This document shows, piece after piece, positions 9,392-19,190 of a stretch of DNA of 64,000 nucleotides. The stretch is from Patescibacteria group bacterium (GTDB taxonomy: Bacteria; Patescibacteriota; Saccharimonadia; UBA4664; SCTI01): NCBI GenBank assembly GCA_004297735.1, contig SCTI01000001.1:51467-115466 (forward strand), given 5' to 3'. Each line of letters starts with the position of its first letter. The first letter of the stretch is position 1. The notes beneath the pieces are model-generated. The model was not told where the DNA came from. It saw nothing but the letters and a program-made list of their open reading frames with translations, and searched no databases. The position numbers and the translations under genes were made by a program.

Positions 9392-10957
9392 ATGCAGCCA
9401 CTACCATTATCTTCTGACGGCGATAAGCTAGTTTCACTTTTGCAGTCGGCCCCACCCGAACCGACCACCGCGCGTGATGTGGTGCATGTGGACGGAGTGG
9501 CCGGTCGCATCTATTTTGCCTATGAACAGCTTCGTAATGCCGCCGAGTACGGAGAACAGCACTTACTGTTACGCCGATCGATTGAGCGCTTTTTGCAGCG
9601 CAGCCTAAACTTTAATCATCCCGAAAAGCTAGCATTGGAGCTGGTGATTGAGCTAACACAAGCTCGTTACCTTAAAAACGATAGCGTGCCGCGTGAGGTG
9701 CTTAAGCAAATCGATGAGACCATTGCTGGTTTTTGTGAGGTTTATAAGCATACGCTGGCTGGTGGCCACCGCGAGCGGGCGACGGTGCGCATCTGGGTGT
9801 TGCAATCGGCCTCGGTTTACATTGAGCAGTTGATTTCGCCACAGCCGCGGACTCGGGCTTTTGTCGACTTTGCCTTCCAGCACTACCTGGAGTCGATTGA
9901 AGGCACCGACATCCGCCAAGGTTTAAGTGATCAGCAGTATGAAATCGCGGTGTACTGCGCCACTCACCGGGCCATCATGAAGTCCGACATTGCCACCGCT
10001 CGGGCCTATGCCGCGGCCAGTCGGATCGCCGCCGACACCAAGCAGGGTGATATGGAGTATTTTGTAACGATTAACAGCTATATCGACGAGCTGTTTAACG
10101 GCAAGGAAACCAACCGAATTATGCGCATGATTGGCCAGTATGGCGCCCCGATGCGCATTTTACGCGAAATGGTGGTGCCAAACCCGCAAGCCGAGAGTCT
10201 GTTGCATGATCGACCAAGCTTAATTGGCCGTTCGCGAGCGACATTGCAAGAGCAGTACTCGCTGACTCGCTCTCGCTTAAATAACGGTATTGTTCGTAGT
10301 GTGGCGTTTGTGGCCATTACTAAAATCTTAATTGGGCTGGTTTTGGAAATCCCGTATGACTTAATTCGCCACGGCGCCATCGTCTGGCCACCATTGATCA
10401 TGAACGTGCTGTTTCCGCCACTATACATGGCAACGTTGGGTCTGAGCATTCGCCCGCCGTCGCAAAAGAACTCCGAGATTGTGGTGGGGTATATCGACCG
10501 CATTTTGTACCAAACCGGCCGTTCACCCATAAAGTACCGCTTACGACGACGGGTGAGCTCAGCCGCGCTTAACCGCACCTTCAACCTGCTTTACGGTGTG
10601 GTAGTGGTTAGCTGGGTGGTTATTTTAACCTGGATTTTGGCCCAACTTGGGTTTAACTTAATGAGCGGCATCATCTTCTTTGTCTTCCTGTCGACGGTCA
10701 GCTTCTTGGGCTTCCGCTTAACTCAAACCGCTCGCGAGTTCGAAATGATTGAGGGCCGCCGCAGCTTCTTTGGCCTATTATCCGACTTCTTTTACACTCC
10801 GTTTATTCGGATTGGTCACTGGCTGTCCGACCGCTACGCTAGGGTCAACGTGGTGGCGCGAATCCTCGACATCTTAATTGAGATGCCCTTAAAGTTTGGT
10901 CTGCGCTTCTTGCGTGAGTGGATGGGCTTTTTACGCGACAAGCAGGAAGAGCTTTAA
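9392..10957 (+). CDS. hypothetical polytopic membrane protein (522 aa)
   Basis: Soluble N-terminal half followed by several TM helices. TATAAT box 7 nt upstream of the ATG, so leaderless. Confidence 0.65.
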   Translation: MQPLPLSSDGDKLVSLLQSAPPEPTTARDVVHVDGVAGRIYFAYEQLRNAAEYGEQHLLLRRSIERFLQRSLNFNHPEKLALELVIELTQARYLKNDSVPREVLKQIDETIAGFCEVYKHTLAGGHRERATVRIWVLQSASVYIEQLISPQPRTRAFVDFAFQHYLESIEGTDIRQGLSDQQYEIAVYCATHRAIMKSDIATARAYAAASRIAADTKQGDMEYFVTINSYIDELFNGKETNRIMRMIGQYGAPMRILREMVVPNPQAESLLHDRPSLIGRSRATLQEQYSLTRSRLNNGIVRSVAFVAITKILIGLVLEIPYDLIRHGAIVWPPLIMNVLFPPLYMATLGLSIRPPSQKNSEIVVGYIDRILYQTGRSPIKYRLRRRVSSAALNRTFNLLYGVVVVSWVVILTWILAQLGFNLMSGIIFFVFLSTVSFLGFRLTQTAREFEMIEGRRSFFGLLSDFFYTPFIRIGHWLSDRYARVNVVARILDILIEMPLKFGLRFLREWMGFLRDKQEEL

Positions 10958-11724
10958 TTTTTAGCGATTAGGACCGGTTCGGGTAGCTCAATCACCTTTG
11001 CTACGCCATTGGTGTAGTAGGAGTCTCCATTTGGGTCTTTAGCTGGCTTATCTTTATGAATTGGCTGGTTGAACTGGTAGCTCTCGCCTAGAATGCCACC
11101 ATGCTTTAGTAGCTCTTCAACAATATAATCGCGTTCCCAGTCGATGTCGGGGTCCTTAAAGTGGTGCACAAACGGCGGGCGAAACTTAAACTTAAACGAT
11201 TTTTCGAAGGTGGCGGCACCAACCCATACCCGCTGACCACTGCGTAGCACATGCCGCGTCCGCCACAGCCGAATATGATGCCGCTGGGCATAGCCATTAT
11301 CGGTTATTTTTTGAAAGGATATATCCTGCAGTCCAACGCTAATAAACAGCGGCATAAAGGGGCCCTTGCGGTAGTTTTTATTAAACAGGCTAGAAGCAAA
11401 ACCCAGCGTTACGTGGATTGGGGTGGAGGGGTGAGCCCCATCCCAGCCGGCTTCGGCAAAGGCGTGATTAATGGCTTTTTCTGAACCCACAAAAACCAGG
11501 TTGATTGGATCCATTTTGCGGCCAAAAATGGTTTGGCAGTAGCGCGGTAGCCGGTCAACAATATCCTGGCTAATGACGTGATGCTTGGTTTGGCGAAAAT
11601 CACGGGGCTTATACAGTTTTTCGAGGGTGGTAACGTGGAATAAGGTGGATAACAATCGGGCCGAAGTGATGGCCGCAAACCCAATGGTGATTCGAACTAA
11701 CCAGTTTTTATATACGCGTTTCAT
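10954..11724 (-). CDS. membrane-anchored hypothetical protein, possibly LssY C-terminal-domain-like
   Basis: N-terminal TM helix. The family assignment is by recollection only, so low confidence on the name. Confidence 0.55.
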   Translation of the reverse strand: MKRVYKNWLVRITIGFAAITSARLLSTLFHVTTLEKLYKPRDFRQTKHHVISQDIVDRLPRYCQTIFGRKMDPINLVFVGSEKAINHAFAEAGWDGAHPSTPIHVTLGFASSLFNKNYRKGPFMPLFISVGLQDISFQKITDNGYAQRHHIRLWRTRHVLRSGQRVWVGAATFEKSFKFKFRPPFVHHFKDPDIDWERDYIVEELLKHGGILGESYQFNQPIHKDKPAKDPNGDSYYTNGVAKVIELPEPVLIAKN

Positions 11725-11799
11725 GTGGATGTATTATGCCTGATAACCTCGCAGTAGTCGAGGCTAGCGACAGGGAAACAAAGCTGTTATGCTAATACC

Positions 11800-13434
11800 A
11801 TGAAGCAAGCTCAAATCAAGGAACTACGATCACAGATTCACGGGGAGGTTACCGACAGCAAGGAGGCTCGTGAATATTTTTCGACCGACGGCAGTATTTT
11901 TAAGATTATGCCCAGCGCGGTGGTTTACCCAAAATCTACCACCGACGTGCAGCATACGGTAGCGCTAGCGGCTAAATCGGCCGACAAGCCAAGCAAACGG
12001 TTTAACATTGTTGCTCGCGGCAAGGGCACCGATCAGGGTGGAGCGGCGTTGGGCGACGGCGCCATGGTGGTGTTCCCGGCCCACATGAACAAGCTGCTCC
12101 GCCTCACCAAGGATACCGTCACGGTGCAGCCGGGCATGCTGTTTGGCACCCTGCAAAAGATTCTGCACAGCCATGGCCGCTTTTTGCCGCCTTACCCTTC
12201 GTCAATCGATTACGCCACTATGGGTGGAGCGGTGGCCAACAACACCTGTGGCGAGATGACCTACAAGTATGGTTCAACCGCCGACTGGGTAGAAAGTATG
12301 AAAGTTGTTTTAGACGACGCCTCGGTAATTGAGACCAAGCGACTCAGCCGCCGTGAGCTCAACCGCAAAAAGGGCCAGATGACCCGTGAGGGCGATATTT
12401 ACCGCGGTATCGACGGCTTGTTGCACGATAATGCGGCTCTAATCGCTTCGAGCCAGCCTCGCACTAGTAAAAACTCGGCCGGTTACCGACTCAGCCACAT
12501 TAAGGGTAAGGGAGGCTCGTTTGATCTGAGCCAACTGTTTATTGGCGCTCAGGGCACCCTGGGAACGGTTACGCAAATCACCTTCCGTACCGCTCCGTAC
12601 CAGGCCCATACCACCCTAACGGTAGGCTATTTTGATAACCTTGATAAGGCCAGCGAGGCGGTGCTTAAAATCCAAAAGCATAAACCGGCCGCCATGGAGG
12701 TGGTCGACTATTATCTGCTCAAATTCCTCAAGGAGCATCAACCCGAAACGCTAGAAGGCCTGGTGCCCGAAGGCGACCTGCCGAAGGCGGTGATCCTGAT
12801 TGAGTACGACAACCAGTCGCATCTGCGCCAAAACATTCTTAGCCGCCGTACCGAAAAGATTCTGTCTAAACTAGCCACCAGCCACGTTACCACCACCAAT
12901 CCGCGAACCGAACACCGCTTGTGGGCGATCCGCCATAGTGCGGCCGCGGTTATATGGATGAACAATGGCCCCAAAAAAGCTCTACCAATCATCGAAGACA
13001 GCTGTGTGCCGGTTGAAAAAATGCCGGAATTCCTTGATGGCGTCTACAAAATTCTCAACAAGCATAAACTGGAGATTGCGGTTTGGGGTCATGCCGGTGA
13101 TGCCAACTTCCACATGCAGCCGTTTATGGATCTGTCAAAATCCAAGGATCGCAAAAAGGTTTTCCAGGTAATGGATGAGTTTTACACCCTGGCGATTAAG
13201 ATGGGCGGCACCACCGCCGGCGAACACAACGACGGTTTACTTCGCGCCCCTTATCTCGAAAAGTTGTATGGTAGAGATATGTACGACTTGTTTAAAGAGG
13301 TTAAAAAAATCTGCGATCCCAAGGGTATCTTTAATCCACGAATCAAGCTTGATGTTAAAAAGAAAGATTTGGAGTCGATCGTGCGTCATGAATATTCGAT
13401 GAAGCACCTGTACGATCACATGCCAACCACCTAA
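11800..13434 (+). CDS. FAD-binding oxidoreductase (GlcD/D-lactate dehydrogenase-like, PCMH-type FAD domain)
   Basis: FAD_binding_4-like N-terminus (VVYPKSTTDVQHTVALA...RGKGTDQGG) plus a C-terminal FAD-oxidase domain. Confidence 0.85.
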   Translation: MKQAQIKELRSQIHGEVTDSKEAREYFSTDGSIFKIMPSAVVYPKSTTDVQHTVALAAKSADKPSKRFNIVARGKGTDQGGAALGDGAMVVFPAHMNKLLRLTKDTVTVQPGMLFGTLQKILHSHGRFLPPYPSSIDYATMGGAVANNTCGEMTYKYGSTADWVESMKVVLDDASVIETKRLSRRELNRKKGQMTREGDIYRGIDGLLHDNAALIASSQPRTSKNSAGYRLSHIKGKGGSFDLSQLFIGAQGTLGTVTQITFRTAPYQAHTTLTVGYFDNLDKASEAVLKIQKHKPAAMEVVDYYLLKFLKEHQPETLEGLVPEGDLPKAVILIEYDNQSHLRQNILSRRTEKILSKLATSHVTTTNPRTEHRLWAIRHSAAAVIWMNNGPKKALPIIEDSCVPVEKMPEFLDGVYKILNKHKLEIAVWGHAGDANFHMQPFMDLSKSKDRKKVFQVMDEFYTLAIKMGGTTAGEHNDGLLRAPYLEKLYGRDMYDLFKEVKKICDPKGIFNPRIKLDVKKKDLESIVRHEYSMKHLYDHMPTT

Positions 13435-13445
13435 AAGGAGTCAGT

Positions 13446-13784
13446 ATGTTATTTATTCACCGCCGCACACCCAAAGCCAGATTTGTTAGCTGGGCCTTCT
13501 TTTGTCTGCTAATCTTGTTTCTTGCCATCGCTACGCAGCGACCGCAGGTTGGCTTAGCCGGTGCCGGCGCTATTTTAATTTTGCTGGCCCTAACCGTTGA
13601 GGCCAACAAGGAGCGAATCTGGAAGGATTACAAAAAGGGCTATAAGTACAAAAAGGGGAGCTGGTTGCCAAAAGCTTGGACCGAGCCAACTCAAACCTAC
13701 TACAACCTCAACGTTTACGTCTTGTGGCCAGCGGTGTTTGTGGTTGGATTTGTTGCAATCGCCACCGCCTACTTTATTAGCTAG
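13446..13784 (+). CDS. small membrane protein (3 TM)
   Basis: AAGGAG RBS. Hydrophobic segments. Confidence 0.5.
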   Translation: MLFIHRRTPKARFVSWAFFCLLILFLAIATQRPQVGLAGAGAILILLALTVEANKERIWKDYKKGYKYKKGSWLPKAWTEPTQTYYNLNVYVLWPAVFVVGFVAIATAYFIS

Positions 13785-13819
13785 ATTAGGCGTGCTACAA
13801 TTTGACGGTTCAAACCCAC

Positions 13820-13906
13820 GCGGATGTGGTGGAATGGTAGACACGCCAGCTTGAGGGGCTGGTGGCCGTATAGGTCGTGGAGGTTCAAGTCCTCTCATCC
13901 GCACCA
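13820..13906 (+). tRNA. tRNA-Leu(GAG)
   Basis: Acceptor GCGGATG/CATCCGC. Anticodon arm CCAGC-TTGAGGG-GCTGG. Long variable arm. Encoded CCA. Confidence 0.9.
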
Positions 13907-14039
13907 GGAATTATTAAGATCGAACCAATGTGATTATGCTTGCAAAGCAGCTTAAAATGCCTCATAACTAATGCAACTTCTCGTGTCCGCAAATCTGCGT
14001 GCTGCTCAGTACGCAGCGAGCGACCACGAGGAGACGCAC

Positions 14040-14489
14040 ATGCCGCAGCACACTATCTTTCTTGCCAAGATCACACAGCTGAACCATCTCAGTAAGTCGG
14101 AGACGGTCGAGGTTGAGATCGATGCTCTCGATCCCGAGGCCGTGGAGTGGGACAACAACACGATTCACTTCACGCTCCATGCCCTGCAGTTCGCCGTCCC
14201 GGATGGACCCAAGCCTGAGAGCGTTGAATACGCCAACGGTCAGCTGCGTTGGGGTAGCTACAGCTGCTTCCCGTTCGCCCGCCACGATCCAGCTGAGGTC
14301 TACTTCACCGAACCGCTGATGTGGACGCTCAAGAAGGCCATGTGCGAAGGAACGGCTTCGTATGCTCAGGCCCGGGCCTGGATGAGGGAACATGGTCTCA
14401 CTGAGGCACTACAGGCCGGGGACCGCACTTTCTACGACCCTGCCAATCCTCGGTTCATCATTCTCCAGCCCGTGACCACCTTCGCGTAG
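14040..14489 (+). CDS. hypothetical protein on a GC-rich islet (149 aa)
   Basis: GAGGAG RBS 8 nt upstream of the ATG. Composition is clearly GC-richer than the flanks. Immediately downstream of tRNA-Leu(GAG). Confidence 0.5.
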   Translation: MPQHTIFLAKITQLNHLSKSETVEVEIDALDPEAVEWDNNTIHFTLHALQFAVPDGPKPESVEYANGQLRWGSYSCFPFARHDPAEVYFTEPLMWTLKKAMCEGTASYAQARAWMREHGLTEALQAGDRTFYDPANPRFIILQPVTTFA

Positions 14490-14508
14490 ATCACCCGTGT
14501 TGTACTTA

Positions 14509-14544
14509 GACCCCGTCTCGTCAAGAGGCGGGGTCCCTCGTTTT
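14509..14544 (+). terminator. intrinsic terminator (GACCCCGTCTC...GAGGCGGGGTC plus TTTT)
   Basis: 11-bp stem followed by a T-run. Confidence 0.6.
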
Positions 14545-14589
14545 GCTACTCGATTTTACCCCCATTTTATGGTACTCTTATCCATTGCC

Positions 14590-15483
14590 ATGAATATCAA
14601 ACATATTGCCATCATCTATAACCCCAAGAGCACCGGCGACTCGACCGCAGCCTCGCAGCAGCTTTACCACGACGTCCGCGAGCACCTGCCACATACCGGC
14701 GTGGAGCTAATGCCCACCAAATATCGTGGTCATGCCGCCGACTTAACCGAGATTTTGGGTCAAACCCGCACTGGCGTGGTGGTGGTTTCGGTTGGTGGAG
14801 ACGGAACTTATAACGAGGTGATCAACGGGGCGATGCGAGTGGCGCCAAGCCGCCGCCCTGTTTTGGTGCCATTTGCGGCTGGTAACGCCAACGATCACAG
14901 TCGCGAGCTACTAGGTGACGCCAAGGTGATGAGCCAGTTGATTGCCGGTGACACTCAGGTTATCGATTTGCTGCGCTTGTCGGTTCACAACCCTACCGGC
15001 GACGATGTTTTGCTGCACGCCCATTCTTACATCGGCTTTGGTGCCAGTGGGCGAGTGGCGCGCCTGTTGGATGAGCGCAACTTTGGGCCGATTAGCGAAA
15101 AGCTGATAGCGCTGGGTGAGATCTTGAGCCCGAGCGAGTTTAGCGCGGTGGTTAACGGGCACAGTAAAAAGCTGTATAGCATCGTGTGTAGCAACGTGTC
15201 GGTAATGGGCAAGTACTTAAAGGTAAGCCACCAAGCCGACTTGAGTGACGGCCACTTTGAGGTGGTTGAAACCGAGGCCCATTCACGTTTGGAGCTACTA
15301 AAAGAGGTTAGTCAGACCGCTACCGGTCAGCCGGCCGCAACCAAGAGAGTGCAAAGTTACAGCATGATGCTGATGGACGGAGTTCAGGCTCAGTTGGACG
15401 GCGAGCCAATCAGTTTGTCTAAGGCCTCAACGGTGTTTGTTACGGTTGAGCGCGAGGCGATTCGAACCTTAGCGGGTGAGTAA
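14590..15483 (+). CDS. diacylglycerol/lipid kinase catalytic-domain protein (YegS/BmrU family)
   Basis: IAIIYNPKSTGD...GGDGTYNEV DAGK_cat signature. Confidence 0.75.
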   Translation: MNIKHIAIIYNPKSTGDSTAASQQLYHDVREHLPHTGVELMPTKYRGHAADLTEILGQTRTGVVVVSVGGDGTYNEVINGAMRVAPSRRPVLVPFAAGNANDHSRELLGDAKVMSQLIAGDTQVIDLLRLSVHNPTGDDVLLHAHSYIGFGASGRVARLLDERNFGPISEKLIALGEILSPSEFSAVVNGHSKKLYSIVCSNVSVMGKYLKVSHQADLSDGHFEVVETEAHSRLELLKEVSQTATGQPAATKRVQSYSMMLMDGVQAQLDGEPISLSKASTVFVTVEREAIRTLAGE

Positions 15484-15543
15484 ATTACCAATTTTAGCCA
15501 CAAGTGTTTACACGTTAACTAATGCGTCTTATAGTGGTTATAT

Positions 15544-16302
15544 ATGTCAAAAGCATTAATAACAGTAGATGATGTCCGTAAGGATTATGATGATTTTCAG
15601 GCAGTCCGTGGCGTTAGCTTTGAGGTAAAGCGCGGCGAGGTGTTTGGTATTTTGGGGCCAAACGGCGCCGGCAAAACCACCACGCTGGAAATGATGGAGG
15701 GCCTACGCGAGATTTCGAGTGGTAGCGTAGTGCTAGATGAAATAGATGTTAAAAAGCACCCATACGATGTTCGCAAGATTATTGGCGTGCAGCTGCAGTC
15801 CTCATCCTTTTTTGAAAACAGTACGCTGGTTGAGCTGCTAACCGCTTTTGCCGCCATGTACAATCAGCGGGTTGAGCCAATCAAGTTGCTAGAGAGAGTC
15901 GGACTGGCCGAGAAAGCCAAGAGCTACCCGGAGCACCTGTCGGGTGGCCAGCGCCAACGCTTTAGTATCGCGGTGGCCTTGGTGCACGAACCGAAGGTGC
16001 TGTTTTTGGATGAGCCAACCACCGGTCTTGACCCGCAGGCTCGTCGCAACCTGTGGGAGCTGGTGCAGGAGATCCAAAAAGATGGCATTACCGTTATTTT
16101 GACCACTCACTATATGGAGGAGGCGCAGGTGCTGTGCGACCGCATTGCCATCATGGATGAGGGCAAGATAATTGCGCTAGATACACCGGACAAGCTAATA
16201 AAAGATCTGCTCAAGCGTGGCTTTAAGCCGCACGTCGAGGTGCAAAAGGCCACGCTTGAAGACGTCTTTATTGATTTAACCGGCAAGGATTTAAGGGATT
16301 AA
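15544..16302 (+). CDS. ABC transporter ATP-binding protein
   Basis: Walker A GPNGAGKTT, signature LSGGQRQR and Walker B LFLDEPT. Confidence 0.9.
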   Translation: MSKALITVDDVRKDYDDFQAVRGVSFEVKRGEVFGILGPNGAGKTTTLEMMEGLREISSGSVVLDEIDVKKHPYDVRKIIGVQLQSSSFFENSTLVELLTAFAAMYNQRVEPIKLLERVGLAEKAKSYPEHLSGGQRQRFSIAVALVHEPKVLFLDEPTTGLDPQARRNLWELVQEIQKDGITVILTTHYMEEAQVLCDRIAIMDEGKIIALDTPDKLIKDLLKRGFKPHVEVQKATLEDVFIDLTGKDLRD

Positions 16303-16303
16303 T

Positions 16304-17410
16304 ATGCGCGGGTACCTGTTTACAATCAGCCAGCTAACCAAGCTACTGGTGCGGCGCTACTTCCGTAGTCGCATAGCCATCTTCTTTTCGGTGTTCTTCC
16401 CGCTATTACTCTTGTTTGTGTTTGGCTTTTTATACAGCAACAACAAAGACGTGTCGTTTAAGGTGGCGCTATTTAATAACTCAAACACCGAGTTCGCTAA
16501 ACAGTTTGCTACCAACTTAGACCAAGTAAAGGCCTTGAGCATCCAAAAAGATCTCACCGATATGGACGCGGCTAAAGAAAAAATGAACCGCAGCGAAATC
16601 GATGCCATTATTGAGCTGCCACCCGAGTTTGGCCAGATCAACAGTCAGAACTTCCCCAGCGGACAGGTTAAGGTGCTGTACTCGCAGAACAGCCAGCAAG
16701 CTGGGCAGACCATTGGCTCGGTACTGCAGGGCATTCTGGATGGCGTAAACGTGCAGCTAACCAAGATACAGCCGCCGCTTACAGTTAAGGCGGAGTCTAC
16801 AGCCGACCAGGGCCTCACCGCCTTCGACTACGCCTTCCCTGGGCTGATTGGGTTCTCGTTGCTGGGTCTGGGCATCTTTGGTCCGCTCAACATGCTCCCG
16901 GCCGAAAAGAAGACCGGGGCGCTAACTCGTTTGCGGGTGACGCCGCTTCGCCCATCTCAGTTCATCATCTCGTACATGTTCTCATCGCTAGCAACCGGAG
17001 TGCTATCCATTACGGCCATGTTCTTGGTGGCGATTACCTTGTTTGAGTTCCACCTGGTCGGTAATCTGCTGGTCTTTGCTCTGTTCACCATCTTTGGCGC
17101 GATCATGATCTTTGGTATCGGTGTCGGCGTCGGCGGCTGGGCCAGTGACGAAAAGCAGGCGGCTCCACTAGGGAACATCATAACCTTCCCAATGATGTTC
17201 CTGTCCGGTATTTTCTTCCCCCGTTACCTAATGCCGGAGTGGCTACAGGGCGTAACGCAGTTTATTCCGCTAACTCCGGTGATTGATGGCATGCGCCTGA
17301 TCTTAACCGAGGGCAAAACCTTTATTGATCTTGGTCCCCAGTTGGGCTTGATGGCCATCTGGACGGTGGTGGTTTACACCATTGCCTTCCGCGTCTTCCG
17401 CTGGGATTGA
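16304..17410 (+). CDS. ABC-2 family transporter permease
   Basis: Translationally coupled to the ATPase. Six TM helices in the C-terminal half. Confidence 0.8.
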   Translation: MRGYLFTISQLTKLLVRRYFRSRIAIFFSVFFPLLLLFVFGFLYSNNKDVSFKVALFNNSNTEFAKQFATNLDQVKALSIQKDLTDMDAAKEKMNRSEIDAIIELPPEFGQINSQNFPSGQVKVLYSQNSQQAGQTIGSVLQGILDGVNVQLTKIQPPLTVKAESTADQGLTAFDYAFPGLIGFSLLGLGIFGPLNMLPAEKKTGALTRLRVTPLRPSQFIISYMFSSLATGVLSITAMFLVAITLFEFHLVGNLLVFALFTIFGAIMIFGIGVGVGGWASDEKQAAPLGNIITFPMMFLSGIFFPRYLMPEWLQGVTQFIPLTPVIDGMRLILTEGKTFIDLGPQLGLMAIWTVVVYTIAFRVFRWD

Positions 17411-17427
17411 AAACTCAGTAAAAGGCG

Positions 17428-17805
17428 CTACTTTACCATGATGGTGTCGTTGCCATCGCGGTTGGGTGCACCGGTAATCAACACCTCCAAGCCATCATCG
17501 CCGGCTGTAAGCGTGCGAACCACCTCTGGGCCAACTCGTACCGCATCAAGCGGTTTAAGCTCAACCACCTCATCATCCAGTAGCATCTGGCCGCTACCAC
17601 TCAGCACAATAAACACCTCTTCTTGGTATTCGTGTTTGTGCTTAAATGGGATGTTGCGATTAGGCAAAACCTTTTGATACCCCAGTCCCGACTCCGTTAG
17701 GTTGAGCGGCTTGGTAGCAAACCGCGCCTCCATGTCTTTATCGTGACCATACTTAGGTGACATGTTTTCGAGTTCGGCGAGATTGAGATGAGTGTAGTTA
17801 GACAT
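17428..17805 (-). CDS. cupin domain protein
   Basis: Cupin_2-like motifs H-x-H...E and G...P. Confidence 0.65.
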   Translation of the reverse strand: MSNYTHLNLAELENMSPKYGHDKDMEARFATKPLNLTESGLGYQKVLPNRNIPFKHKHEYQEEVFIVLSGSGQMLLDDEVVELKPLDAVRVGPEVVRTLTAGDDGLEVLITGAPNRDGNDTIMVK

Positions 17806-17873
17806 ATGACGATTTTAGCACGCGGTTCAAAACAGGCGTATAATAGAGGTATAGCTTAGCGAAAGGTCTTGCC

Positions 17874-18572
17874 ATGGCCGACCAGAACATTACAACCACC
17901 AAAACCAACACACTCGCAATTGCGGGCTTAATAACGGCCTTCTTTTTACCACTGGTCGGTCTGATCTGTTCAATAATTGGCCTGACGCAAATTAACAAAC
18001 GTAAAGAACGTGGTAGGGGTTTAGCGATCTCGGGCATTGTGGTGTCGATTTTGGTTGGTATAGCCCAGCTAATCACACTGGTTATCGTTGTGGCGGCGAT
18101 GAACTCCGGCGTAACGCTTACGACCTACCGCGACAACACCATTGGTTACAGCGTAAAGTACCCTGAAGGCTGGAATATTGCCCCGCAAAATGTAGAGGGC
18201 GTTCAGGGCATAATCATAAAAAAAGAGTATAAGCAGACCGGCAAATCTTACGGCCAGATTGAGGTTGGCTACTTTGCTCCGCCGGCCAACGGATACAGCC
18301 AAGACATCTTACAAGCCACCGCTGACGGAATTAAAAAGAGCAACAAAAACACCACCGTACTGTACGAAAACAAAAGTAGCGCGAACGGTTTAAGCACGCT
18401 AACATTGCTGACGACTTACGATGGCGAGACCGGAAAGATAAAGGCTAAGACCACAATTATGCTCAAAAAAGACAACGCCTTGTTTGTAATATCAACGCAG
18501 GCGCCAGAGGAAAACTGGGATAAGTACTCAGATAGCTTTGACGAGATTCATAACACCTTTACGCCAAATTAA
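17874..18572 (+). CDS. membrane protein with a DUF4190-like N-terminal TM pair and an extracytoplasmic domain
   Basis: Two TM helices, then a soluble domain. Confidence 0.55.
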   Translation: MADQNITTTKTNTLAIAGLITAFFLPLVGLICSIIGLTQINKRKERGRGLAISGIVVSILVGIAQLITLVIVVAAMNSGVTLTTYRDNTIGYSVKYPEGWNIAPQNVEGVQGIIIKKEYKQTGKSYGQIEVGYFAPPANGYSQDILQATADGIKKSNKNTTVLYENKSSANGLSTLTLLTTYDGETGKIKAKTTIMLKKDNALFVISTQAPEENWDKYSDSFDEIHNTFTPN

Positions 18573-18655
18573 ACTAAATAATAACTAAAGTGAGAACGGG
18601 GCGGTGCGTATAGTGCACCACCCCGTTTGACAGCGTCGGCGCTAGGCGCCTAGGC

Positions 18656-18976
18656 TTACGACCAGCGGTCGAGAGCCGACTGGGCGGCCTGCTGGACCCG
18701 TGGGTCCAAGTCCTCCTTGGCCATCTTGCGCAGCTCGACCTTGTATTCCGGTCGGCAGCGCGGGATGCGCTCCTTGATTCGGATGCAGGTGTTCAGGCGC
18801 AGAACGGAACTGCCATCGCGCAACCACTTCAGAGAAGTAATTGTGCCGGAAACCGCGTCGAAGCTGGAGTCCTCGAGCTCCACAATGCCCTCGAAGAGGT
18901 CATCGAGCTCCTTGTCGGTCAGCGGCTCCTGCCAGTCGTCGAACTTCCGAGCGAGCGCTTCGATACGATCGTTCAT
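18656..18976 (-). CDS. hypothetical protein on a GC-rich islet (106 aa)
   Basis: ORF. GC-rich composition. Divergent from the ORF at 19191. Confidence 0.5.
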   Translation of the reverse strand: MNDRIEALARKFDDWQEPLTDKELDDLFEGIVELEDSSFDAVSGTITSLKWLRDGSSVLRLNTCIRIKERIPRCRPEYKVELRKMAKEDLDPRVQQAAQSALDRWS

Positions 18977-19024
18977 GTCTCTCCCTGATGGGTCGAAGAT
19001 GGACTAAAGTCTTAAGCTGTCAAT

Positions 19025-19046
19025 ATCCTCATCTATTTCTGAGGAT
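19025..19046. promoter_or_regulatory. 7-bp perfect inverted repeat ATCCTCA-N8-TGAGGAT in an AT-rich divergent promoter region
   Basis: Read directly. Candidate operator. Confidence 0.3.
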
Positions 19047-19190
19047 GTTACATAATAGCATAAGTAGTATAAAAAGTCAATAGTACCTTGAATATTATGA
19101 TCTGTTGAGGCATTAATGCCATCTGGAATTGTAAAAACTGATCTGAAGTCGTATACTGGGCCCACGTTCCAGATACGAAAGGACGTTGAC

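Noticed and set aside
13590-13904. ORFs 13590-13904(-) and 13597-13854(+) overlapping tRNA-Leu(GAG) and the small membrane-protein gene
   Set aside because: They overlap a tRNA and a better-supported CDS. No RBS.
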